Assembly: GCA_049643405.1 (NCBI GenBank)
Contig: JBARPX010000034.1
Coordinates: 1-60,385 of the forward strand
DNA: 60,385 nt
Direction of reading: 5' to 3'
Source of the DNA: Candidatus Zixiibacteriota bacterium
Lineage (GTDB): Bacteria; Zixibacteria; MSB-5A5; SM1-73
Shown one piece after another: positions 37,835 to 46,734 of the stretch; the stretch's first letter is position 1; the number at the start of each line of letters is the position of its first letter. Made by a program: the position numbers and the translations under genes. The notes beneath the pieces were generated by a model. That model had not been told where the DNA came from, did not search any database, and saw nothing but the letters and a program-made list of their open reading frames with translations.

Positions 37835-38794
37835 TTATCTAAAAAAGTAAAGTAAGATTAAAAACAAAACATATAGTGCTAAGAGAAAAACCCCCTCGAT
37901 TCGCTTTATTTCCAGCTTTGTTTTCATTATCGGAAACAACAAAAAGCCGAAAACTAACAGCACAGGAAATTCAAACAACAGGGTGTCCTTCTCAACGCTT
38001 AGTGGATTAATCATGGCTGCAGCCCCAATGATAAAAAAGACATTGAAGATGTTACTGCCGATTACATTTCCTACACTAATATCTGCTTCCTTATGGTAAG
38101 CAGCAACTGTTGAGATGGCTAATTCCGGAAGGGAGGTTCCTATGGCGACTAAAGTTATTGCTATTATTAGTTGGCTTATCCCGAATTCTTCAGCTATGAA
38201 AATTGCTGATTTGATTAACAGGTGCGCACCACCTATGACAGAGATTAAACCGATCAAAACGAGTAGAAGAAGTCTACTCTTCACTCCTCGTTCACATCTC
38301 AGAAATCTTCCATACTTTTTCTCTGCCAGAAGGCTATTCTGGCGATCTCTAAATGCCTGATAAATAACATATGCTAAAAACAAGATAATCCCAGTGAGAA
38401 GCACTCCTCCCTCTAACCGGCTTATCCGTAAATCAAGAGCCATCAAATAGAAGACTATTATGGCCACGACCATAAGAGGCAACTCCTTTTTTATGATGGA
38501 CAATTGGACTCTGAGTGGTGAGATCGTGGCCGATAAGCCTAAAACCAGCCCGATATTTGCTATAACACTGCCTAAGATATTACCCAAGGCGATGTCACTA
38601 TTTCCCTTGAAAGAAGCCATCATGCTCACTGCTCCCTCCGGTGCAGAACTTCCAAAAGCTACAATGGTTACGCTTATAATAATTGGTCGGATATATAAAG
38701 AGTTAGCTAATCTGGATGACCCTTTGACTAACCACTTTGACCCAAAGTGCAGGGTAGTCAAACCAATCAAAAATATGAAAACATGCATTAACAT
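37835..38794 (-). CDS. Ca2+/Na+ antiporter (CaCA, YrbG-like)
   Basis: Two alpha-repeats, GSSAPEGAVS...GNILGSVIANIGLVLG and GTSLPELAIST...GNVIGSNIFNVFF. The gene is markedly AT-rich. Confidence 0.9.
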   Translation of the reverse strand: MLMHVFIFLIGLTTLHFGSKWLVKGSSRLANSLYIRPIIISVTIVAFGSSAPEGAVSMMASFKGNSDIALGNILGSVIANIGLVLGLSATISPLRVQLSIIKKELPLMVVAIIVFYLMALDLRISRLEGGVLLTGIILFLAYVIYQAFRDRQNSLLAEKKYGRFLRCERGVKSRLLLLVLIGLISVIGGAHLLIKSAIFIAEEFGISQLIIAITLVAIGTSLPELAISTVAAYHKEADISVGNVIGSNIFNVFFIIGAAAMINPLSVEKDTLLFEFPVLLVFGFLLFPIMKTKLEIKRIEGVFLLALYVLFLILLYFFR

Positions 38795-38937
38795 AGGCGA
38801 TCTTTAATTCACAAACTCTCTTTTGTTGGAAAAACCTTCGGGGAAGCGATTGCCCTGGAGACGAAGAATCTTGTTACTTGCTCAACGGTGACGTCCAGCG
38901 GAATCACATCTTCCTTACGAAAAAGCATGGTTCATGC

Positions 38938-39918
38938 TCAGCTCTGATGTTCACGGTCGGGTTCCGTTTTCTCTCTTTCAGGATCGGTTGAAGTTGGAAC
39001 GACCACTTCCTCGCGCGGTCGAATAATGGAGGCTATCACGGAGATAAGCAGGATGCTGGCCACCACACCTAATGCTATGGCAACCGGAATTTTATATATT
39101 TCGGCAAGTAGCATCTTAATCCCCACGAAAACCAGGATAGCGGAAAGCCCATAATGAAGATAGTGGAACAGTCGCATAAGCCCAGCCAATGCAAAGTAGA
39201 GCGCACGTAGTCCTAAGATAGCGAACACATTCGAGGTATACACAATAAATGGGTCCAGCGTGATGGCGAGAATAGCCGGAATAGAGTCTACCGCAAAGAT
39301 GACGTCTGTGGTCTCAATCACCAGCAGCACAACGAACAACGGCGTGGCAAGGTAACGGCCTGCTCTCTTTATGAAAAACTTGTTGTCCTTATACCCATCC
39401 GTGACAGGCATAAATCGACGGAAGAGTCTGAGCACCGGATTCCTTTCCGGATGAATCTCTTTGTCCTTCTGCAAACCCATCTTGATGCCGGACAAAATCA
39501 GAAAGCCTCCGAAAATATAGATGACCCAGTGAAACTCCTGAATCAGCGTTATGCCGGTGAGGATGAAGACGGCCCGCATGATCAATGCACCCAGAATGCC
39601 CCAAAAAAGGATCTTATGCTGGTAAAGAGACGGCACACGAAAGTATGAAAAGATCAGCAAAAAGACGAAGAGGTTGTCTAGGCTGAGAGACTTCTCGATT
39701 AGATAACCGGTCAGGAATTCGAGCGCCGTCTCCGGTCCCCGCCAGAAGTAAACTACCAGATTGAAAATAAGGGCCAACGCAATCCAGAAAGCGCTCCACG
39801 CGAGCGCTTCTTTGATCTTAACCACATGAGCCCTACGATGGAAAACCCCCAGGTCCAAAGCCAGCATCGCCAGCACGAAAATGTTAAAGGCAATCCACAA
39901 TAGGACTTGGCTCGACAT
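38938..39918 (-). CDS. TerC/Alx family integral membrane protein
   Basis: EFLTGYLIEKSLSLDNLFVFLLIF...TDVIFAVDSIPAILAIT. ATG 39918 follows AAGAGGA. Confidence 0.9.
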   Translation of the reverse strand: MSSQVLLWIAFNIFVLAMLALDLGVFHRRAHVVKIKEALAWSAFWIALALIFNLVVYFWRGPETALEFLTGYLIEKSLSLDNLFVFLLIFSYFRVPSLYQHKILFWGILGALIMRAVFILTGITLIQEFHWVIYIFGGFLILSGIKMGLQKDKEIHPERNPVLRLFRRFMPVTDGYKDNKFFIKRAGRYLATPLFVVLLVIETTDVIFAVDSIPAILAITLDPFIVYTSNVFAILGLRALYFALAGLMRLFHYLHYGLSAILVFVGIKMLLAEIYKIPVAIALGVVASILLISVIASIIRPREEVVVPTSTDPEREKTEPDREHQS

Positions 39919-40147
39919 CAAAATTTCCTCTTTCTTTTATACCGCTGCATCCCGGATGTGTGCTGGGGTCACAATCTCATCTTGAGAAGCCAAAAACTGC
40001 GCTGCCTCCGCTGCCCAGCCGATCACCAGAGCGGAGAAGACTATGGAAGGGAAGGTCCGGATCGCAGAGAGGGCTTTGGCTTTTGCGGTGGCAGCCGTTA
40101 TGGATTTGAGTTCAGCAAGCATCAAAAACAGAGCTTTGGATGGGTAT

Positions 40148-40789
40148 TTAGTCTACTTCTCCTGTTACCTTAATGTCCTTGCGGTAGAATATCTCTGGAG
40201 CGGTTATTCCACCGGAGACAAAGAATTTGACTCCCTGCTCCACGGTCATTTCCAGAGGGGTCACCTTCTCCCTGTGGAAAAGCAAGGTAAACCCAGTGAA
40301 GGGGGTGGGAGTGGAGGGAATGAATACAGCGATCAAATCAGTGGGCTCATCACCGAAATTCGTCTTGATTTCTTGAGTCAAGAAACCCAAACAGAACATC
40401 CCTTTGGCAGGAAATTCCGCCAGCACCACCTGTTTGAAGGAGTCCTTGTCGCTGGTGGTAATGGCTTCAATCAACTGCTTGGAGGAGCCATAGATAGTTC
40501 GCACCAGAGGCGTCTTGATCAAGAATATCTCCCAGATTTTGAAAAGCCTGGATCCGAGAACGTTGGCAGTGAGAAGACCGGCCAAGAAGATTAAGACGAT
40601 CGTAGCCACAATCCCTAGCCCGGGAACTTTGTAGTTTATCAGGTCGACGATGAAGGGCGATAGGAGACCGTCTACCTTGGTGAAGAGAAATCGCAGGACC
40701 AGGTAAGTTATGATGAGCGGCACGATGACCAGGATTCCGCCCAGAAAGTACCGCCGCAAGATCGTATTTAGCTTCGTTCTGACGGACAT
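40148..40789 (-). CDS. DUF502 family membrane protein
   Basis: LRRYFLGGILVIVPLIITYLVLRFLF...FIPSTPTPFTGFTLLF. Confidence 0.8.
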   Translation of the reverse strand: MSVRTKLNTILRRYFLGGILVIVPLIITYLVLRFLFTKVDGLLSPFIVDLINYKVPGLGIVATIVLIFLAGLLTANVLGSRLFKIWEIFLIKTPLVRTIYGSSKQLIEAITTSDKDSFKQVVLAEFPAKGMFCLGFLTQEIKTNFGDEPTDLIAVFIPSTPTPFTGFTLLFHREKVTPLEMTVEQGVKFFVSGGITAPEIFYRKDIKVTGEVD

Positions 40790-40959
40790 GACCTGCTGCC
40801 CAGTTTGGGGTTCTGTTCAGACCGGCGAATTCCCGCTTTGGGTTTCTTGAATCGTCCGGCTTCGGGCTAAAATTATCCTATTTTGGAGCTTTGTCAAGTG
40901 CATTCGGTTCAGGAAAAAGGAATCATCCTTTGTTAATTATGCGAAGGAGACCACGAAAA

Positions 40960-40995
40960 AAGACCAGAACCTAACTTAAGTTAGGTTCTGGTCTT
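40960..40995 (-). terminator. Intrinsic terminator of scpA (36-nt perfect palindrome plus U-tract)
   Basis: AAGACCAGAACCTAACTTAAGTTAGGTTCTGGTCTT, followed on the minus strand by TTTTTCG. It shares the core CCTAACTTAAGTTAGG with the hairpin at 1748..1785. Confidence 0.7.
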
Positions 40996-41036
40996 GAAAC
41001 CGAGACGCTAATGCCGGCTGAGACCAGATGGTAACT

Positions 41037-41783
41037 CTATCTTTTTTCGTTCCTGAATACCCAGATCTCCGAGAAATGCTTAGTCTGCCTGATATAGATT
41101 TTCTGCAACCGGATCAGTTCTAAGATCGCCATGAAGGTGACCACCATCACCAGCTTGATGGGTGTGTCGGAGAAAAGCTCGGGGAAGACGACTCCGTCTT
41201 TCTGCGCCAAGCAGTTCAAAACATACTCGATTCGCTCTTCCACGCCCACCTTGGGATAATCTATGCTGTGAAAGATCTCCTTGGGTTGGGTATCGAGAAT
41301 CTTCTTGAAGGCGAAGATGAGATCGTGCAAAGAGGCTTCCACCAGGACCTCGTCCTCGGGAAGATCACTTAAGAAGGAGACGTCGGTTCTGGGAAACCAT
41401 CGGGATTGCTCTTCACCTTTTGCTTTTAGAATCTGGGCGGCTTCCTTGAACTTTCGATATTCTAAGAGCGCTAAGACCAGCCCTTCGCGCGGGTCCTCCT
41501 CTTCCTCCTCATCCTGGGTCCTGGGCAGGAGCATCCGCACCTTTATTCTCATCAAAGTGGCCGCCATGACGATAAACTCGCCTGCAACATCTAAGTTCAA
41601 CTCTTCCATCAACTCGATGTATTCGAGATATTGCCTGGTGATGTGAGCGATGGGAATGTCGTAGATGTCGACTTTATCTCTCTTGATCAGGAAGAGAAGA
41701 AGATCTAAAGGACCCTCAAATGCGTCCAGCTTTACAGAATATGATGTAGTGCTTTCCTGGCTTTGCGTTTGAATCGATTCCAT
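41037..41783 (-). CDS. scpA: Segregation and condensation protein A
   Basis: LDAFEGPLDLLLFLIKRDKVDIYDIPIAHITRQYLEYI. The preferred start is MESIQ (41783). The upstream 26 codons of the ORF are read from a palindromic repeat. Confidence 0.88.
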   Translation of the reverse strand: MESIQTQSQESTTSYSVKLDAFEGPLDLLLFLIKRDKVDIYDIPIAHITRQYLEYIELMEELNLDVAGEFIVMAATLMRIKVRMLLPRTQDEEEEEDPREGLVLALLEYRKFKEAAQILKAKGEEQSRWFPRTDVSFLSDLPEDEVLVEASLHDLIFAFKKILDTQPKEIFHSIDYPKVGVEERIEYVLNCLAQKDGVVFPELFSDTPIKLVMVVTFMAILELIRLQKIYIRQTKHFSEIWVFRNEKR

Positions 41784-41913
41784 TTTCCCCCTCGGTCCTT
41801 TTGTCGCGGTCCGATGCGACCAAGAGATTGCTTCGTCCCCTACGGGTCCTCGCAATGACATGGTCCGGGGTCATTGCGAGCGTTAGCGAAGCAATCCCCT
41901 CAAATGGCACATA

Positions 41914-42025
41914 TCACATCAACTTCATTGCCTTTCTTACGTCCTCCATAGTCTTCTGCGCCCTGGCCCTTGCTCTCTCCGCCCCGGAAGCTAACACTTT
42001 TTTCAGAAAAGGCAAGTTTTTTTAC
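41914..42025 (-). pseudogene. Orphan duplicate of the trpS 3' end (about 110 bp)
   Basis: The minus-strand frame reads *KNLPFLKKVLASGAERARARAQKTMEDVRKAMKLM*. The trpS C-terminus reads DLPFVEKVLASGADRARAKAQKTMEDVRRAMKLM*. The DNA aligns without gaps, with roughly one mismatch in seven. Confidence 0.75.
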
Positions 42026-42116
42026 CCCTGTTTCTGGAATAGGAATTGCCGAAACTTTTAGAGTACGAGCGACGGCATTTCATAATGCCGATGCATTATT
42101 AGAATCCGTCATCATA

Positions 42117-42929
42117 TCATTCCACGATTTCTTGCCAGCCCAAAACTACCTGATATTCGAACCATACCGCAACAGATTCTCCTCGTAATCTCGCTGGGGC
42201 GTAAATATATTCGTTGGCGGCGTCAACCACGGCTCCTTCCAGTTTGCTGTCATTCAGATACGACTGTGTGACCATCACGTCGCGCACGACTCCGTTCGTG
42301 TCGATCAATACCTTAAGCCAGATAGAACCCAATGCATGATCTTTCGCATTTCCCAAGTCATATGCCGGAGCCACGGATTTCAAGAGACGCGGCGGCTGAT
42401 CAAAAGTTGCACGCGGCTCGAAAACGGTGGCTGGTGCCCTATCTTGCTTTAGTTCGTCCACCAAGCCATTAATACGCATTCTGCTTTTGCCGGAATGAGG
42501 TTTAAAAGTAGAAAAACAAAGGAACTCAACGTGATAATCTGCCCAGCAATCAACTGGAGCTCGATCTTTGTAAGCTGGTATCCACACGCCATAGCAAAGG
42601 CTTGCCATTGCTACTTCTTCTAATCCGGCATTGCTACCTGAATGCCTGGTAAAAACCAGTCCACGTACTTTTCCCGTCTCATTCACGAGGATCTTCAGTT
42701 CTAATCTTCCAGCAATGCCTGCATTGAGCGCGAGCGGAGGATACGCGGTGGCAAATCTCACCTTGAGGTGAGGCAGACTATCCACGTCCGTTCTTGTACT
42801 AAGATCAAGCGCTTCCGGGACTTCACCCAAGTCCGCAAAACAAAGCTGCTGGCCAAGTGTATAGCAGAATACGAGAACCGTGAACTGTATTATGCGCTTG
42901 GGGAATTTCATCAACAGGTTCTGTTTCAT
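42117..42929 (-). CDS. Secreted protein with two TonB C-terminal-like domains
   Basis: The preferred start is MKQNLLMKFPKRIIQFTVLVFCYTL. Two modules: YPPLALNAGIAGRLELKILVNETGKVRGLVF and APAYDLGNAKDHALGSIWLKVLIDTNGVVRDVMV. Confidence 0.65.
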   Translation of the reverse strand: MKQNLLMKFPKRIIQFTVLVFCYTLGQQLCFADLGEVPEALDLSTRTDVDSLPHLKVRFATAYPPLALNAGIAGRLELKILVNETGKVRGLVFTRHSGSNAGLEEVAMASLCYGVWIPAYKDRAPVDCWADYHVEFLCFSTFKPHSGKSRMRINGLVDELKQDRAPATVFEPRATFDQPPRLLKSVAPAYDLGNAKDHALGSIWLKVLIDTNGVVRDVMVTQSYLNDSKLEGAVVDAANEYIYAPARLRGESVAVWFEYQVVLGWQEIVE

Positions 42930-43129
42930 TGCCGACTCTAACCTCACCGCTCATGTGTGGGCTTGAACTCGCACAGGTCCGTCTGTTGGCGAAGGATACA
43001 ACGTACTTTCGAGAAAAAGGGGAAAAGGATTCCCCAGTTTTTTGGCAACAAAGTTCACGTCCTGCAAAAAGGCGGCACGCTGCGGAGATTATGCTCCGGT
43101 TGCGTCGGGATATTGTTATCCCGACGCTG

Positions 43130-43357
43130 TCACCCCAGTATCCTCTTAAACTCTTCCTTGTTTATACCGGCTTGTTTCAAGATTTCAAGCAGCGTCCCTT
43201 TTGGCAAATCCTTTTTGTGAAGAGTAACAACCACTCTTCTCTTCGTTTCCAGGTGGCAGTAGATATGATGGCTTCCTTTAATCCTATCAAGCACGAATCC
43301 ATCCCTCTCAGGTACCTTGATGGTTTTCTGCGGGGTAAGGGACGGAAGTTTAGGCAT
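43130..43357 (-). CDS. hicA: HicA mRNA-interferase toxin
   Basis: GFVLDRIKGSHHIYCHLETKRRVVVTLHKKDLPKGTLLEILKQAGI. Confidence 0.9.
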   Translation of the reverse strand: MPKLPSLTPQKTIKVPERDGFVLDRIKGSHHIYCHLETKRRVVVTLHKKDLPKGTLLEILKQAGINKEEFKRILG

Positions 43358-43583
43358 AGGTCTCTACTGTCAGGGTATATTCTAGAGTTGCTTCCTCTGT
43401 TGGTATCTCTTCACCATGCTCTTTTAAGCTCTCCATGTATAATTCAATGGCTTCCTTTGCCATCTTTATCGCTTCTTCTATTGTGTCCCCGTATGTAACA
43501 CAGCCGGGAAGGGAAGGAACTATTACCGTATAACCCCCCTCAGGTTCTTTTCTGAGCAAAATTCTATAGCTTAGCAATCTCAT
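43350..43583 (-). CDS. hicB: HicB antitoxin (UPF0150)
   Basis: EPEGGYTVIVPSLPGCVTYGDTIEEAIKMAKEAIELYMESL. Overlaps hicA by 8 nt. Confidence 0.9.
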   Translation of the reverse strand: MRLLSYRILLRKEPEGGYTVIVPSLPGCVTYGDTIEEAIKMAKEAIELYMESLKEHGEEIPTEEATLEYTLTVETYA

Positions 43584-43808
43584 TTTGATTCCTCATTGTA
43601 TTTATTGTCACAAAATTCCAACCAGACAGATTTGTTATCCGTTTTGAGTTGCGTCAGGAAATTGTCCCAGACGAGCACCCGTACGGGCGGGGGTCTCCGT
43701 TATCCCGACACTTTCAGTGCTTGGGCATCGAGCTTACAATGTCCCGATGCAACGGGGAATTCCTCCTCCAGGGATTGCTTCGGGCATCCCCCCTCGCAAT
43801 GACGAACG

Positions 43809-44780
43809 TCACATCAGCTTCATTGCCCTTCTTACGTCCTCCATGGTTTTCTGCGCCTTAGCTCTTGCTCTGTCTGCCCCGGAAGCTAATACCTTTTCCA
43901 CAAAAGGCAAGTCTTTTTCCAACTCGGCTCTTTTTTCGCGGATCGGTTTCAGCGCACTGTTGGTGGCTTCCGCGCAGATCTTTTTGCATTTCACACACCC
44001 TAGCTCCCCGGAGGAGCATCCCTGGTGAATGGCCTTGTGATCTGGATTGTAGATCGTGTGCAGAAGGTACACCGGGCACTGGACCGGATGCCCGGGATCA
44101 CCCATGCGTATCTTGGCCGGGTCGGTGTACATTATTGAGATCTTCTTGGCGGTCGACTCGTCCGATTCCCCCATGCATATGTGATTGTTGTACGACTTGC
44201 TCATTTTCCGGTTGTCCGTGCCCAGGATCCCGGAAAACTGGCTCAGCTTGCCTTGTGGCTCGGGAAACACTTCGCCATACAATCCATTGAATCTTCTTGC
44301 TATTTCGCGGGTGAGCTCGATGTGGGGAAGCTGATCCTTTCCCACCGGCACCCAGTTGGCCTTGTAGATCAGAATATCAGCCGCCTGGAGCAAGGGATAG
44401 CCGAGAAAACCGTAGCTATCCAGACCCAATTCCACGCTCTTCTCTTTGTATGACGGGACCCTCTCCAGCCAGGGTATGGGGATTATCATGGAGAAGAGGA
44501 GATGAAGCTCCGCATGCTCCTTGACCTGTGACTGAACGAATATGGCGCACTTCTCCGGATCCAGTCCTCCGGAAATATAATCGATGGCAACGTCGATGAT
44601 ACTCTGCTTCAGTTCAGACGTTTCGTTAAAATCAGAGGTTAAAGCATGCCAGTCCACTATGCAGCAGTACATCTCATAATCGTTCTGCAGTCGAGCCCAG
44701 TGCCGCAGCGCCCCTTCTAGATTTCCCAGATGCAGCATCCCTGTGGGCTGCATGCCGCTTAAGATCACCTCTTTTGCCAT
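43809..44780 (-). CDS. trpS: Tryptophan--tRNA ligase
   Basis: SGMQPTGMLHLGNLEGAL (HIGH-type motif), KMSKS, 323 aa. Confidence 0.95.
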   Translation of the reverse strand: MAKEVILSGMQPTGMLHLGNLEGALRHWARLQNDYEMYCCIVDWHALTSDFNETSELKQSIIDVAIDYISGGLDPEKCAIFVQSQVKEHAELHLLFSMIIPIPWLERVPSYKEKSVELGLDSYGFLGYPLLQAADILIYKANWVPVGKDQLPHIELTREIARRFNGLYGEVFPEPQGKLSQFSGILGTDNRKMSKSYNNHICMGESDESTAKKISIMYTDPAKIRMGDPGHPVQCPVYLLHTIYNPDHKAIHQGCSSGELGCVKCKKICAEATNSALKPIREKRAELEKDLPFVEKVLASGADRARAKAQKTMEDVRRAMKLM

Positions 44781-44788
44781 TCCTACCT

Positions 44789-44824
44789 CTAAGGTTTAAG
44801 GTCAAAGGTTTAAGGTCGAAGGCG
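44789..44824. repeat. Heptamer array (NNAAGGT)x5
   Basis: CTAAGGT TTAAGGT CAAAGGT TTAAGGT CGAAGGC. Overlaps the last codons of the four-helix-bundle gene. Confidence 0.8.
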
Positions 44825-45205
44825 TTTGCCTGCTGTTTTCCATTTCTGCAGAGATTGCGCCAGACCTCTCAACATTCTCCCGCATTCGCCATATCTCTCC
44901 AAATAGGTCTTATACGCTTCTTCAGACAAGTACCTTTTCTGACAAGCCACGTATAAATGATGCTTTGTCTCCTGCAACTCGGCCTGAGCCCTGTTTATTC
45001 CTTCCAGGTAGATATTGATGTGTTTATTGTTCCATCCCTCTGCAATGTTGGCGGCGATTGAGTTCGATGATCTCCGAATCTGAGAGCCCAACTCGTGAAG
45101 CTCGAATTTGGGAAACGACAGCGAGAGCTTGTTTACCTCCAGGTGTAGTTCACACAGCTTCTGATGAACATCCAAATCTTCGAAACTCTTAACCTTCGCC
45201 TTCAT
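44810..45205 (-). CDS. Four-helix-bundle protein (TIGR02436 / 23S rRNA-intervening-sequence protein family)
   Basis: FEDLDVHQKLCELHLEVNKLSLSFPKFELHELGSQIRRSSNSIAANIAEGWN. Confidence 0.88.
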   Translation of the reverse strand: MKAKVKSFEDLDVHQKLCELHLEVNKLSLSFPKFELHELGSQIRRSSNSIAANIAEGWNNKHINIYLEGINRAQAELQETKHHLYVACQKRYLSEEAYKTYLERYGECGRMLRGLAQSLQKWKTAGKRLRP

Positions 45206-45211
45206 GGGCTA

Positions 45212-45388
45212 TCTTGTCTTTTGTCTTTTGTCTTTTGTCTTTTGTCTTTTGTCTTTTGCTTTTTGGCTTTCACCTTAGACCTTACACCTTTCACCTTTCA
45301 CCTTTCACCTTAGACCTTCCACCTCAGACCTTTCACCTTTCACCTTTCACCTTTCACCTTAGACCTTCCACCTTTCACCTTAAACCTG
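45212..45388. repeat. Two adjacent heptamer arrays: (TCTTTTG)n then (NNACCTT)n
   Basis: 45212-45268 holds about 7 units of TCTTTTG. 45269-45388 holds about 17 units of TCACCTT/AGACCTT/CCACCTT, the reverse complement of the 44789 array. Confidence 0.85.
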
Positions 45389-45390
45389 AA

Positions 45391-45897
45391 TCAATCCAGG
45401 AACAGGTATTGCTTCCACCTCTGATCAGAGATTCCCACGAATTGCTGAATAAAAGTTATGTGAGTTGGCCGCTTGGGCTGACGCAGAAGCTTAAGGCCCG
45501 CCTGGTCCGGTGCGCGGTTACCCTTAATGTTGTTACATTTTATGCACGCACAGACTAAGTTCTCCCAGGTGTCCCTTCCACCATCGAGTTTGGGCACAAC
45601 GTGATCCACGGTCATGGCTCCATGATCTGCGCTGCAGTACTGGCAACGATGTCCATCCCTCTTGACTATGTTCTTGCGGGTAAGGAGAACTCTCTTGTGA
45701 GGAACGTGAATGTAGAAACCAAGCCTCACCACACTGGGCATGGGAATTGCCAAGGAGACAGAACGGATTTTGTACCCGTCATGCTTCTCGATGATCTGCG
45801 CCTTACCCAGATACACTAAGACCACGGCTCTCTTCACCGAGCAGACCGAGAGCGGCTCGTAGTTTTGATTCAATACCAGGACGTTTCTGTTCAGCAT
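45391..45897 (-). CDS. HNH endonuclease
   Basis: RDGHRCQYCSADHGAMTVDHVVPKLDGGRDTWENLVCACIKCNNIKGNR. Confidence 0.9.
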   Translation of the reverse strand: MLNRNVLVLNQNYEPLSVCSVKRAVVLVYLGKAQIIEKHDGYKIRSVSLAIPMPSVVRLGFYIHVPHKRVLLTRKNIVKRDGHRCQYCSADHGAMTVDHVVPKLDGGRDTWENLVCACIKCNNIKGNRAPDQAGLKLLRQPKRPTHITFIQQFVGISDQRWKQYLFLD

Positions 45898-46146
45898 TCC
45901 CCAACCAACCTTTAAGCCAAGGGCATCCCTAATTGTCTTTAAATCTAAGCAAAATCAGGGACATGTCAACGATTTTTTGATTCTCCAGCCGCATCGTGGG
46001 CATATCCGAAACAGGCCTGGCCCAGAATGATCTGCGTTTCCGCAGGCGGCTGCCCCTCTTTGATACGCTGGCATTAGGGAATACCGATGCTGTCCAAGGT
46101 ATAAACCCGGCGGGCAAAGATGCCCGCCCTACGAGCTTGGCAGTTT

Positions 46147-46611
46147 CTATGCCTTCCTCACCGGGACGTAAAGACGCAGGTCCAGCTTGCCCTGATCTGG
46201 CTTGAAGCTGTCATCGTAGAATTCGAAGTCGGGGCCACCGGCTCGCTGGTAGCTGGATTGAGGCAGCCATTCGTGGTAGATCTGCCGAAACGCCTGCTTG
46301 ATCTCTTTCAGGTTGCAGGGGAAGACCGCGTAAGTCTGCTCCGGCACCTGCCAGATCTCCATGCCCTCGGGGACGTCTGACGTGTCTCGAACCTCGAATC
46401 CGGCAAGGTAATCGAACTCGCAGGTCTTCTCATCGTAGTTGTCCATCACCCCGTAGCAGACATTCGGGTTCACCTTATGTTTGACTTGCGAAGTCCTGGG
46501 CATGAACTTCTCCCACAATTGAGGTATCTCGTTCTTCTCATTCTTGCCGCGGTACTTCATGCCAGCGACAGTGAATGCAGACCTGGTGACAATTTTAGGT
46601 TCCATTTTCAT
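46147..46611 (-). CDS. GyrI-like small-molecule-binding domain protein
   Basis: PKIVTRSAFTVAGMKYRGKNEKNEIPQLWEKF...FEFYDD. Confidence 0.8.
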   Translation of the reverse strand: MKMEPKIVTRSAFTVAGMKYRGKNEKNEIPQLWEKFMPRTSQVKHKVNPNVCYGVMDNYDEKTCEFDYLAGFEVRDTSDVPEGMEIWQVPEQTYAVFPCNLKEIKQAFRQIYHEWLPQSSYQRAGGPDFEFYDDSFKPDQGKLDLRLYVPVRKA

Positions 46612-46734
46612 CTTCCTTCTTTTCCGTTTCTACTTCTCTGAAGAATCCTCCCATTCAGTCCTTAGGTCGGGTTGCGACCCGTACGGGGAGCTACCCGACA
46701 TCTTCATTTGTCGGGCATCCTCCGGAAGCCCGAC

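Noticed and set aside
39937-40125. 62-aa minus ORF between the DUF502 and TerC genes
   Set aside because: It is too short, has no RBS, and has only one hydrophobic segment. It is mentioned only as a possible gene remnant.
39919-40147. Possible yybP-ykoY (Mn) riboswitch upstream of the TerC gene
   Set aside because: TerC/Alx genes often carry this riboswitch. I could not find the conserved GGGGAGUAG / GAGACC-type cores or the four-way junction pattern on the minus strand. A covariance-model search would be needed to exclude it fully.
41784-41861. N-terminal 26-codon extension of scpA (MSLRGPVGDEAISWSHRTATKGPRGK); likewise the extensions of DUF58 (55859..55900), the T9SS paralogs (17480..17587, 19174..19317) and the large TPR gene (53873..53992)
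   Set aside because: The extensions are read through palindromic or tandem repeats or promoter blocks. Internal ATGs with good RBSs begin the conserved or signal-peptide sequence.
45214-45558. 114-aa ORF MSFVFCLLSFVFCLL..FHLSPFTFHL
   Set aside because: It is a translation of the heptamer microsatellite arrays and then runs antisense into the HNH gene.
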